Assembly: GCA_965222605.1 (NCBI GenBank)
Contig: OZ244960.1
Coordinates: forward strand, 1,280,001-1,344,000
Length of the DNA: 64,000 bases
Origin: Candidatus Latescibacterota bacterium
GTDB taxonomy: Bacteria > Latescibacterota > UBA2968
Direction of reading: 5' to 3'
The number at the start of each line of letters is the position of its first letter. The stretch's first letter is position 1. The notes beneath the pieces were generated by a model. It saw nothing but the letters and a program-made list of their open reading frames with translations. It did no database searches and was not told the DNA's origin. Position numbers and translations under genes: made by a program. Shown here piece by piece: positions 30,401-40,218 of the stretch.

Positions 30401-30597
30401 GAATGCCAATATATCAGCAAACCGCACCAACCTGTTGGCTCGGTTACATAAACACTGGAATGGATGCAGTTTTATGCGGCGTACATCGCCTTTTTTTTAT
30501 AAGTCAATGTAGCGAGTTTTACGAGATCACAGAGCAGTTGATCAGGTGGGAGCACGGGCTAAGATCGCAAAAGGGATTGACCTGGTAGAAATCGCTA

Positions 30598-30661
30598 TAT
30601 ATTTTTTTTGCAAAAAGACAAACGGTTGTGTATATTTTTTTCCAAAAAAGACAAACGATTG
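30598..30661. promoter_or_regulatory. 33-bp tandem repeat carrying two LacI-like operator motifs upstream of the TonB receptor
   Basis: TATATTTTTTT..AAAAAGACAAACG(G/A)TTG at 30598 and 30631. Confidence 0.55.
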
Positions 30662-30822
30662 CCAGTCAAATAAAAAATAATTCCTTAATACCGTGAATGC
30701 GTCCCTCGGTGCCAACACGCCAACGAGCTTTGATCCCGAAACCTATATCCAGACAGATACCAATTTCAATTTTGCCTGTTCTGAGAAACCCATTTTCACA
30801 CCCTTATCACAGGAGGTACACG

Positions 30823-33348
30823 ATGCAACACAAATGTCGTTTTTTGTCTCTCTTACTCGGCATGGCTGCCATGCTCATTCTGTATGGACCTGCCGTGTCG
30901 CAGGAAACGCCGCGTTCCGAAAGCACAGATACGACATCTGTCTTTTCGGAAGTGATCATCCTCGAAGAATTGGTGGTCATTGGTTCCCGAGCAAAACCGC
31001 GTTCCGTCGTCGAATCGGCCGTGCCCGTTGATGTGGTTACCAGTGCAGAGATCGTCAAACAAGGCGAAGCCGATTTACAAAATCTGGTGAGAACGGTTGT
31101 GCCTTCCTTCAATATCAACACCCAACCCATCAGCGATGCCTCCACCCTTGTCCGTCCGGCCAATCTGCGCGGCCTGGCACCCGACCACACGCTGGTACTC
31201 ATCAACGGCAAACGCCGCCATCGCAGCTCTCTCGTCGTTTGGCATGGCAATGGCGTATCTGATGGCGCGCAAGGGACCGACATATCGGCCATTCCAGCGA
31301 TTGCCCTGAAACAAGTGGAAGTCCTGCGCGATGGTGCCTCCGCACAATACGGTTCTGACGCCATTGCCGGCGTGATGAGCTTTCAACTCAAAGACCACTA
31401 CCGGGGCGGCTCAATAGAAATCAAACCCGGTATCTATCAGGCAGGCGATGGTTTTAAGTACAGTGTTGCTGGCAATATCGGTCTGGGAAGCGAAAATGCG
31501 TGGGCCAACCTCAGCCTGGAATATGGCAACGCAGAGGATACTGATCGATCTGCACAACGCGATGACGCCAAAGCTCTCATTGCCGCCGGCAATACCGATG
31601 TGGCCGATCCCGCCCAAATTTGGGGTTCGCCCATCATTAGAAATGACCTTAAATTTTTTGCCAACTACGGCGGAAGTCTGTCGGAAAACACCAAATTCTA
31701 TGGCTATGCCAACTATGCGAGCAAAGAAGTGGAAGGCGGATTCTTCTTCAGAAATCCCAATACGCGCGGGGGCGTCTTCAGTACCGATGGCGGTCAGACA
31801 TTGCTCGTGGGCAAATTGAACCCCAATGCGCCCGATCCTCCCGCTGTCAACATAACCAACAACGTGGCAGACCCGAACGCGCTACAACAGGTTTTAAATA
31901 ATAAAAACGACTATTTCACATTTCGCGAACTCTTTCCGGGGGGTTTTACTCCCCGATTTGGTGGCACCACCGCCGATTATGCCCTTCTCGCGGGTGTTAA
32001 AGGCACAAATTTTGACCCGATCTGGACATGGGATCTCAGTGCTTATTACGGAAGTCACGAAGCCGATTTCGTGATTAAAAACACGGTAAATGCCTCTTTG
32101 GGACGCGATACCCCCACGGAATTTAATCCCGGATCCTATATCCAAAAAGATTTCAATTTAAATCTCGACTTTACATTTCCAGTAAGCAATCAGGTCTTCT
32201 TGGCCGCGGGTCTCGAATACAGAAATGAAAAATACGAAGTTGTGCAGGGACAACCCGAGTCCTATCAAATAGGTCCTTTAGCCCCTCAGGGATTCAGTGC
32301 TGCGTCCAATGGTTTTTCCGGCTTTAGCGATATTGCTGCTGGCGACTGGAGTCGGTCCAATTATGCGGCTTATGGGGATGCCGAATTAACCCCGTCGGAC
32401 AATTGGTTGCTCGGCCTCGCGCTGCGCTATGAAAACTTCAGTGACTTTGGTTCGACCCTCAACTACAAAGCAGCTACCAACTTCAGCATCACAGAAGAAC
32501 TGAAATTGCGCGGCAGTTTCAGCACCTGTTTCAGAGCACCCACACCTGGTCAACAAAATTCTTTTAACGTATCAACTCGATTCGATCCCGCGTTAAATGA
32601 TTTGGTCAATAGAGGTACCATTCCATCAACCCACGCCGCGGCAGAACTGGTGGGCGGCAAGCCTCTCAACCCTGAAAAGTCGAACAACTTCACGGCTGGC
32701 TTTATTTTGGACAGGGCAAATTTCAGTTTAACCGTTGATTATTTTCAAATTGACCTGAAGGACCGCCTGGGTATTTCAAAGAACTACTCTCTGACCGATG
32801 CCCAGCGCGACCAATTGATCGCTTCGGGCATAACGAGCGCGAGAAATATCCAAACCTTCCGCTTCTTCATCAACGACTTCGAAACCAGAACCCGTGGCGT
32901 TGACATCGTTTTTGTCACGCCTGTGAGAAATGGCGATTTCAGCTTTGTTTACAACCTCACAGACACAAAAGTAACCAAACTCACGGAAACATTGAGCGAG
33001 ACACGCGTTCGGCAACTGGAGGAAGCACTTCCCCAAAGCCGCGCCAACGCGACCCTGGCGCAATCTTTTAACGATATGTGGGATATCTTGATTCGCATGA
33101 GCTATTACGATTCCTGGTGGGATAGAGACAACGATCAAACATATCCCGGCGTATGGTCGTTGTTTGATATTGAAACCCATATCGCACTGAATGAAAAAAT
33201 GCGGATCACGCTCGGCTCCCGCAATGTCCTCAATACCTTTCCAGAAGAAAATAAGAACAAAGGTTCTGTGGGTGAAAAGTACAGCGAGTACACTCCATTT
33301 GGTTTTAATGGGGCATTTTGGTACTCAAAAGTCAGTTATAACTTTTAG
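30823..33348 (+). CDS. TonB-dependent outer-membrane receptor
   Basis: SD AGGAGG, signal peptide, TonB box EELVVIG, plug motifs (LVLINGKR, VEVLRDGASAQYGSDAIAGV), C-terminal Phe. Confidence 0.95.
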   Translation: MQHKCRFLSLLLGMAAMLILYGPAVSQETPRSESTDTTSVFSEVIILEELVVIGSRAKPRSVVESAVPVDVVTSAEIVKQGEADLQNLVRTVVPSFNINTQPISDASTLVRPANLRGLAPDHTLVLINGKRRHRSSLVVWHGNGVSDGAQGTDISAIPAIALKQVEVLRDGASAQYGSDAIAGVMSFQLKDHYRGGSIEIKPGIYQAGDGFKYSVAGNIGLGSENAWANLSLEYGNAEDTDRSAQRDDAKALIAAGNTDVADPAQIWGSPIIRNDLKFFANYGGSLSENTKFYGYANYASKEVEGGFFFRNPNTRGGVFSTDGGQTLLVGKLNPNAPDPPAVNITNNVADPNALQQVLNNKNDYFTFRELFPGGFTPRFGGTTADYALLAGVKGTNFDPIWTWDLSAYYGSHEADFVIKNTVNASLGRDTPTEFNPGSYIQKDFNLNLDFTFPVSNQVFLAAGLEYRNEKYEVVQGQPESYQIGPLAPQGFSAASNGFSGFSDIAAGDWSRSNYAAYGDAELTPSDNWLLGLALRYENFSDFGSTLNYKAATNFSITEELKLRGSFSTCFRAPTPGQQNSFNVSTRFDPALNDLVNRGTIPSTHAAAELVGGKPLNPEKSNNFTAGFILDRANFSLTVDYFQIDLKDRLGISKNYSLTDAQRDQLIASGITSARNIQTFRFFINDFETRTRGVDIVFVTPVRNGDFSFVYNLTDTKVTKLTETLSETRVRQLEEALPQSRANATLAQSFNDMWDILIRMSYYDSWWDRDNDQTYPGVWSLFDIETHIALNEKMRITLGSRNVLNTFPEENKNKGSVGEKYSEYTPFGFNGAFWYSKVSYNF

Positions 33349-33404
33349 CCATTGCCAGAACCACACCGTATTTATTGGCTCTTTTCTCTCTCGTCACGCT
33401 CATC

Positions 33405-33457
33405 ACTGGAGTTACCCCGCTTTAGTGTATAGTGTAGAAGGTTCCACCGAAGCATCT
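33405..33457 (+). repeat. 53-bp direct repeat, left copy flanking the giant-protein array
   Basis: ACTGGAGTTACCCCGCTTTAGTGTAT....AGAAGGTTCCACCGAAGCATCT; 50/53 identical to 63368-63420. Confidence 0.9.
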
Positions 33458-33590
33458 ATTGAATACAGACGTATGTGTAAACCTGATGTAAAAGTAAAAA
33501 TAACTGCTAAACGGGTACAGGTTCTGCCAGACAAATCCTGTTCGGCCCAAATGCACAACGTAAACCACATCGTACAAAAGAAATTGATAG

Positions 33591-36500
33591 ATGAAACACG
33601 CTATTAAATCGCTCTCTCTTGCGCTCGGTACCATCAGTCTGCTGAGCTTTCTGCTTTTACTATTCCCGTGGTCGCTATCCACCCAGACCAGCAGCTTTTC
33701 GCTTTCTCTGGATTTGGATGGCTCGGAAGGCGATCAAGCAGCCTCCTCTCTCTATGTCTTTCCCAATCGCACGGTTTCCATCCAAATCTTTGGCACAGAT
33801 ATTGGGGCTGCAAGCGATATCTCCCTGCGCTTTGAATTCGATCCCTCTCAGGTTGCTTACGAAGGATTCAAGCGGGCAAATATCGTATCTGGTACCTCTG
33901 CGCTTACGGGCAAAGATTTTGCAAATATCGGGATAACGTTATCCAATAGTAATGCAACCAATAGCGGTCTTATAGGCACCATTCGCTTTCGCACGAGCGA
34001 GGCGTTTTCTGGCACAGACATACGTCTAATGCGTGCCAAACTTGTGCGAGAGGGAAAAACCGAGACCGTATCGATGGACCTGAGCATTACCTTGCGGCTT
34101 GCTAAACCGCCTTCTCCGGACTTTGACAGGAATGGGACGGTGGGTATCCCCGACTTTTTGCTCTTTGTCGATACATTTGGGTCCGAAAGAGGTCAAGATA
34201 CTTATGAGTCCAAATACGATCTGAATGTGGATGGCGAGATAGGGATCCCCGATTTTCTGATCTTTATCGATAACTTCGGCAAAGTAGTCAACCGCGCACC
34301 TGTCTTCACGTCAGAACCACCCGTGACGCTCTCCGTAGATGAGAACACGCCATCGGGACAGGCGATAGGTGATCCTATCACAGCCAGTGATGCTGAGGGC
34401 CATACGCTTACCTATCGCCTCAGCGGTGCCGATGCAGACAGTTTTGCCATAGACGCGAGCACAGGACAAATTCAGACGAAAGGGACGTACAACTTTGAGC
34501 AGAAGGACAGCTATTCCGTCACTGTCCATGTTAGTGATGGCGAAGGTGGTGAGGCCAGCCTTGCTGCAGGTATTGCCATCACTGACATCGACGAACCTCC
34601 TATGCAGCCTGCCCCACCGAGTGTCTCGGCGATCGCGCCCACAACCCTGACGGTAATCTGGGCAGAACCTTCCAACACGGGTCCTGAGATCACGGACTAC
34701 GACGTGCAATATCGACAAGCCGACAGTGATGTGTTGACAGATGCGGATTATGACGGAACGGAACGGTCAGTGCGTCTAACGGGACTGTTTTCAAGTACGC
34801 GCTATGCGATACAGGTGCGGGCGACTAACGAAGAAGGCACGAGTGCGTGGTCTGAGTCGAGTGAGTGGAGCACCTCTGCGCTGTCGATAATACCGGGAGG
34901 CGGCGGTACACCACCGCCTCCACGACCACCACCACGACCGCCTCCACGGCCTCAACCACCACCACAACCACCGGGTCCTAATCAGGTGCCAGTATTCACC
35001 GACGGACCGAGCACCTCGCGTAGCGTGGCTGAGAACACGGCACCCAATCAAAACATCCAGCATCCGGTCAGCGCCACCGATGCCGACCGTCACCGCCTGA
35101 CCTACCGTTTGAGCGGGGACGATGCCGGTTCATTCACCATCCATGCAGGCGGTCAGCTTCGCACCCGATCAGGCGTCACCTACGACTACGAAGAGAAGAA
35201 CAGCTATGAGGTGATCGTGCGCGTAGAAGACGGTCAGGGCGGCACAGCCACCATTGCCGTGACGATCCATGTGAGTGACGTCGATGAACCCCCCGAAGCT
35301 CCGGCGCGGCCCCGGGTCGAGCCCGCCTCTTCAACCAGCCTGACAGTAAGTTGGACCGAGCCAAACAATACCGGACCCGGCATCGACGACTACGACATCC
35401 AATATCGGACGGGCAGCGGTAGCTTCATCCCCTATCAGCACAACACCGGCACGACCACAACCATCACAAACCTGCAGGTGAACACGCGCTACGAGGTGCA
35501 GGTGCGGGCGCACAACGACGAAGGTGAAAGCCTGTGGTCCCCCTCGGGCTTCGGGACGACCAGTGCCAACCAGCGACCGGTATTCGACGAAACTGCGCCA
35601 ACGCGCAGCCTGGTCGAGAACACAACCGGGACCCACAACATCGGCAACCCCATAAGCGCGACCGACCCGGAGGGCCGCACGGTGAGCTACAGCCTTGCAG
35701 GTGGGGACACGGATCAGTTCACGATTGCCCCAGGCATCGGCCAGCTTCGCACACAGACCGGCGTGGATTACAACTACGAGGTGCGAAATCGCTATTCGGT
35801 GACGGTCGAGGCACAGGATGAGCAGGGTGGTCGTGCGACCATCACAGTGACGATTGACATAACTGATGACGACAACGAACGGCCAGAAAGACCCGACCGT
35901 CCCTCGGTGACGGCCTCAACACTGAATAGTCTATCCATACGTTGGACGGAACCAACAAACACCGGTCCCAACATCAATGACTACGACGTGCAGTACAGGA
36001 AGGCCAGCGACTCGTTCGATGACTGGCCGCACAATGGACCCGGCACGAGTACGACCATCACCAGCCTGGAGGCCAACACATCCTACCGGGTGCAGGTACT
36101 GGCACGTAGTCCCGAAGGACAGAGCGATTGGTCCGAATCCGTTACTGTGAGCACTGTCGCCAATCAAGCTCCCACGTTCACCGAAGGTTCGAGCGCCACG
36201 CGCAGGTTGGCAGAGAACACGACGGGTACCCACAACGTCGGCAACCCGATCACCGCCACCGACGGCGACGGGGGGACGCTGACCTATCGTCTCGAAGGCA
36301 CGGACCGGGCCTCCTTTGCTCTCGATGACAACCAGCTTCAGACGGTAGCGGGCGTCGCTTACGACTACGAAGAAAAGAACAGCTATGAAGTAACCGTACG
36401 CGTAGAAGACGGTCAGGGCGGCAGCAACACCATCGAGGTGGCGATCAATCTGACAGACGAACAGGAACCGCCCGGGGACCCGGCAGCACCCAGCGTCATA

Positions 36501-39500
36501 CCGGCCTCATCCACCAGCCTGACCGTGACCTATGACGAGCCGGCCAACACCGGTCCCGACATTGACGACTACGACATCCAGTACCGCGAAGGGGACAGCG
36601 GCGGCTTCACCTCCTATACACACAACGGCGCGGAACTCGCCGCAACCATCACCGGTCGGAGCCCGGGCACGAGCTATGAGGTGCAGGTGCGAGCGCACAA
36701 CGACGAAGGCACGAGCGATTGGTCGCCGTCGGGCACGGGAAGCACCGACCCCAACCAGCCGCCGGTCTTCACCGACGGGTCGAGCGCAACGCGCGCCCTC
36801 GACGAGAACACCACGGACGTGCAGAACATTGGCGATCCGGTAAGCGCCACCGACCCGGAGAACACCACGCTGACCTATAGCCTCGAAGGCACGGACAAAG
36901 ATGCCTTCACCATTGACACGGGTAGTGGTCAACTTCGGACCGACCGCGACGAGACCTACGATTACGAGACGAAGCCCCGCTATGTTCTGAGGGTCAAAGC
37001 GACCGACGGGCACGGCGGCAGCAGCACCATCCTCGTGTTGATAAACCTGAACGACGTCAATGAGCCGCCGGCGTTCACCAGCGACGCGGCCTTCGAGACT
37101 GGGGAAAATGGCACGAGGGTCGGCGAAGTGGTCGCCCGCGATGAGGATAGTGCCGACGATATCACGAATTACACCATCACCGGCGGGTCCGACCAGAACC
37201 TGTTCGAGATCGACAGCGGAGGCGCGTTGACTTTCAAGGAGGCCCCCGACTTCGAGAATCCCACGGATTCTGGAAGTAATAACACATACATCGTCGAGGT
37301 CACAGTGACCGGCGGCACGGAAGGCCGCGCACTGACCGTAGCGCAGACCATCACCGTCACTGTCACCGACGAGAACGAACCGCCACATTTCACCAGTGAT
37401 GCTACCTTCACGGTACAGGAAAATACCCAGTTTGTCGGCCAGGTGACCGCCGATGATGTCGATAGCGGCGATGGTATCACCGGCTACGCGATCACCGGTG
37501 GGGCTGATAGGAACCTATTCGAGATCACCAACACCAACGAGTTGCACTTCAAAGAGGACCCCGACTGGGAGCGTCCGGCGGCTGCGGGAGGCGACAACGA
37601 ATACATCGTCGAGGTCACGGCGACCGGCGGCACGAACACCCGAGAGCGAACAACAACGCAGGCGATAACCGTCACTGTGGAGGACGACGACGAACCTCCG
37701 GGTAAACCCGACGCGCCCACGGTGAGCAACGAGACGGAAAATAGCCTCACCGTGATCTGGACCGAGCCGACCAATACCGGGCCTGAGATCACGAACTACC
37801 ATGTGCAATATCGCATAAATAGTGCGTTCACGGATTGGCCGGACACCGGCCCGTCCCTGACCCGCACGATCACCGGCCTGCGCTCGGGGACCTACCAGAT
37901 CCAGGTACAGGCGGAGAACGACGAAGGGAAGGGCGCGTGGTCCAATTCCGTCAACGGGACCACGCTCACCGCGCCGACGGTATCGAGTATCGCGTTCACC
38001 TCGACGCCGGCCTCCGGGCAGAACAATACCTACAAATTGAACGACGTGATCGACGTGACCGTGACCTTCAATGATGCGGTAACCGTCACCGGCACACCGC
38101 AGATCGACCTGACGATAGGTACTACCGTGCGCCAGGCCGACTACAAAAGCGGCTCGACCACCACCCAGCTTCTCTTCCAATACACCGTGCAAGCTGACGA
38201 CGAGGACGCCGACGGCGCAAGCATCAACGCCAACGGCCTCAAGCTCAACAGCGGAAGCATCCTCGGAACCAATTCCACAATAAACGCGGATCTGGCACAC
38301 GCGGCACTCACCAATCAGTCCACCCACAAAGTCGATGGCATCGCGCCGGGGCTTATCGACGCAGAAGTAATGGGCGACGAGTTGACACTGGCCTATGACG
38401 AGGTGCTCGACAGCAATTCGAGACCGGCGACCAGCGATTTCGCGGTAACGGTAGATGGCACGGCGAGGGACGTCTCAGTTGCGATGAGCAGCAGTGAGGT
38501 GACGCTCACCCTCGCCTCGGCCGTAACATCGGGCCAGGCGGTAAGACTGACCTACACGCCGGGGACCAACCCGATACGCGACCGGGCGCAAAACCCGGCC
38601 ATCGCCCTTACAAACTTGACAACGGCGAACCGAGTCCAACCAATCGTCAGTGTCTGCGATCGTACCGATCAGGTGCGCGACGCGATTGTAGAGGCATCTC
38701 CTGTTAGTACTTGCGGTGCTGTCACGGCGAAACATCTATCTGAGATCACCCGCCTCATTCTGAGTTTTGAGAGTATCTCGAAGCTGAAAGCCAACGACTT
38801 TTCCGGGCTGACGGCACTGACAAGGCTCGATCTGTCAGGAAACGGATTCAGGACACTCCCGGAGAATCTCTTTTCCAGCCTGTCGGCACTGAAACAACTC
38901 ATACTGCCCTACGGCCGACTCAGCAACTTGCCGGCGAATATCTTCTCCAACCTGTCAGCACTGACATGGCTCGATCTGCGCAGCAACAAACTCAGCAGCT
39001 TGGATGCAAGCGCGTTTTCGGGTCTTACAGCACTTGAATGGCTCCGGCTGCAGAACAACGAACTCAGCAGTCTGGATGAGAATATCTTTTCCGACCTAAC
39101 GGCACTGAAAGATCTCTCTCTATCCCGTAACAAACTCAGCAGCCTAAATGCAAATATCTTCTCCGACCTGTCGGCACTGGAATTACTCTACCTGTACAGC
39201 AACGAACTCAGCAGTCTGGATGAGAATATCTTTTCCGACCTAACGGCACTGAAAGAACTCCACCTGCACAACAACGAACTCAGCAGTCTGGATGAGAATA
39301 TCTTTTCCGACCTAACGGCACTGAAAGAACTCCACCTGCACAACAACGAACTCAGCAGTCTGGATGAGAATATCTTTTCCGACCTAACGGCACTGAAAGA
39401 ACTCTACCTGGAGGAAAACGAACTCAGCAGCCTGAATGCAAACGCGTTTTCGGGTCTGACAGCACTTAAAATTCTCACCCTGTTCGGGAACGATCTACAA

Positions 39501-40178
39501 TCAACCTCCCTACCGACGGGTGTATTTTCCAATTTGACAGAACTTGAAACGCTCCGCCTGGACGACAACCAACTCAGCAGCCTGCCAGCAAATCTCTTTT
39601 CCGGGCTGTCATCTCTTCGATTACTCCATCTCGGCGACCAACAATCCGGCCACCAACTCAGCAGCCTGGACGCGAATATCTTTTCCAACCTATCGGCACT
39701 TGAAACGCTCCACCTGGAAAACAACAACTTCAGCAGCCTGGACGCGAACATATTTTCCGGACTGACTGAGATGAGAGAGCTCTCTCTGGGCAACAACCAA
39801 CTCAGCAGCCTGCCCGATGACATATTTTCTGGACTGACTGAGATGACAACGCTCAAACTGGCGGGCAATACGGTTGATCCCTTGCCCATTACCATTTCCC
39901 TTGAATCAATTACCAGCGGTCTATTCAGGGCCAAAGCACACACCGGCGCGCCCTTTGCGATGACCCTGCCACTTCAGGTGGTCAATGGCACCATTGACGG
40001 CGGCACAAGCAGCGTCACAATCTCCCGGGGCAGTGTGGATAGTGAGATCCTCACAGTATCCCGCATGGCCGGCACCACTGCTGCCGTCACCGCTGACATC
40101 GGAACATTGCCAGACTTGCCTCCGCGCAACAGCGGCTACGCACTCGTCAAATCCGCGGACTTGCCACTGGAAGCGTAA
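33591..40178 (+). CDS. Gene A: secreted modular protein (cohesin-like, dockerin-like, cadherin/FN3 stalk, SwmB-like, LRR block)
   Basis: Signal peptide, DFDRNGTVGIPDF/DLNVDGEIGIPDF pair, DYE/N..P.F cadherin repeats, FN3 (W.EP..TGP.I..Y.VQY), 24-aa LRRs. Confidence 0.88.
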   Translation: MKHAIKSLSLALGTISLLSFLLLLFPWSLSTQTSSFSLSLDLDGSEGDQAASSLYVFPNRTVSIQIFGTDIGAASDISLRFEFDPSQVAYEGFKRANIVSGTSALTGKDFANIGITLSNSNATNSGLIGTIRFRTSEAFSGTDIRLMRAKLVREGKTETVSMDLSITLRLAKPPSPDFDRNGTVGIPDFLLFVDTFGSERGQDTYESKYDLNVDGEIGIPDFLIFIDNFGKVVNRAPVFTSEPPVTLSVDENTPSGQAIGDPITASDAEGHTLTYRLSGADADSFAIDASTGQIQTKGTYNFEQKDSYSVTVHVSDGEGGEASLAAGIAITDIDEPPMQPAPPSVSAIAPTTLTVIWAEPSNTGPEITDYDVQYRQADSDVLTDADYDGTERSVRLTGLFSSTRYAIQVRATNEEGTSAWSESSEWSTSALSIIPGGGGTPPPPRPPPRPPPRPQPPPQPPGPNQVPVFTDGPSTSRSVAENTAPNQNIQHPVSATDADRHRLTYRLSGDDAGSFTIHAGGQLRTRSGVTYDYEEKNSYEVIVRVEDGQGGTATIAVTIHVSDVDEPPEAPARPRVEPASSTSLTVSWTEPNNTGPGIDDYDIQYRTGSGSFIPYQHNTGTTTTITNLQVNTRYEVQVRAHNDEGESLWSPSGFGTTSANQRPVFDETAPTRSLVENTTGTHNIGNPISATDPEGRTVSYSLAGGDTDQFTIAPGIGQLRTQTGVDYNYEVRNRYSVTVEAQDEQGGRATITVTIDITDDDNERPERPDRPSVTASTLNSLSIRWTEPTNTGPNINDYDVQYRKASDSFDDWPHNGPGTSTTITSLEANTSYRVQVLARSPEGQSDWSESVTVSTVANQAPTFTEGSSATRRLAENTTGTHNVGNPITATDGDGGTLTYRLEGTDRASFALDDNQLQTVAGVAYDYEEKNSYEVTVRVEDGQGGSNTIEVAINLTDEQEPPGDPAAPSVIPASSTSLTVTYDEPANTGPDIDDYDIQYREGDSGGFTSYTHNGAELAATITGRSPGTSYEVQVRAHNDEGTSDWSPSGTGSTDPNQPPVFTDGSSATRALDENTTDVQNIGDPVSATDPENTTLTYSLEGTDKDAFTIDTGSGQLRTDRDETYDYETKPRYVLRVKATDGHGGSSTILVLINLNDVNEPPAFTSDAAFETGENGTRVGEVVARDEDSADDITNYTITGGSDQNLFEIDSGGALTFKEAPDFENPTDSGSNNTYIVEVTVTGGTEGRALTVAQTITVTVTDENEPPHFTSDATFTVQENTQFVGQVTADDVDSGDGITGYAITGGADRNLFEITNTNELHFKEDPDWERPAAAGGDNEYIVEVTATGGTNTRERTTTQAITVTVEDDDEPPGKPDAPTVSNETENSLTVIWTEPTNTGPEITNYHVQYRINSAFTDWPDTGPSLTRTITGLRSGTYQIQVQAENDEGKGAWSNSVNGTTLTAPTVSSIAFTSTPASGQNNTYKLNDVIDVTVTFNDAVTVTGTPQIDLTIGTTVRQADYKSGSTTTQLLFQYTVQADDEDADGASINANGLKLNSGSILGTNSTINADLAHAALTNQSTHKVDGIAPGLIDAEVMGDELTLAYDEVLDSNSRPATSDFAVTVDGTARDVSVAMSSSEVTLTLASAVTSGQAVRLTYTPGTNPIRDRAQNPAIALTNLTTANRVQPIVSVCDRTDQVRDAIVEASPVSTCGAVTAKHLSEITRLILSFESISKLKANDFSGLTALTRLDLSGNGFRTLPENLFSSLSALKQLILPYGRLSNLPANIFSNLSALTWLDLRSNKLSSLDASAFSGLTALEWLRLQNNELSSLDENIFSDLTALKDLSLSRNKLSSLNANIFSDLSALELLYLYSNELSSLDENIFSDLTALKELHLHNNELSSLDENIFSDLTALKELHLHNNELSSLDENIFSDLTALKELYLEENELSSLNANAFSGLTALKILTLFGNDLQSTSLPTGVFSNLTELETLRLDDNQLSSLPANLFSGLSSLRLLHLGDQQSGHQLSSLDANIFSNLSALETLHLENNNFSSLDANIFSGLTEMRELSLGNNQLSSLPDDIFSGLTEMTTLKLAGNTVDPLPITISLESITSGLFRAKAHTGAPFAMTLPLQVVNGTIDGGTSSVTISRGSVDSEILTVSRMAGTTAAVTADIGTLPDLPPRNSGYALVKSADLPLEA
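39201..39416 (+). repeat. 72-bp near-exact LRR-coding triplication
   Basis: NELSSLDENIFSDLTALKEL(H/Y)L x3 at 39201, 39273 and 39345; another copy near 39057. Confidence 0.9.
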
Positions 40179-40218
40179 CAGAGGGCAACAGCGACACGTA
40201 CACAGTGGTTCTGACCTC

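Noticed and set aside
30417-30435. Sigma54 promoter for the minus-strand small RNA
   Set aside because: GG-to-GC spacing is 8 or 12 nt rather than the required 10.
33191-33607. ORFs 33191-33607 and 63352-63738 sharing WSYPALVY..EGSTEAS
   Set aside because: The similarity is essentially the translation of the 53-bp DNA repeat; the first ORF overlaps the TonB gene and neither looks protein-like.
39057-39416. CRISPR array
   Set aside because: The repeats are in-frame LRR codons without unique spacers; no cas genes.
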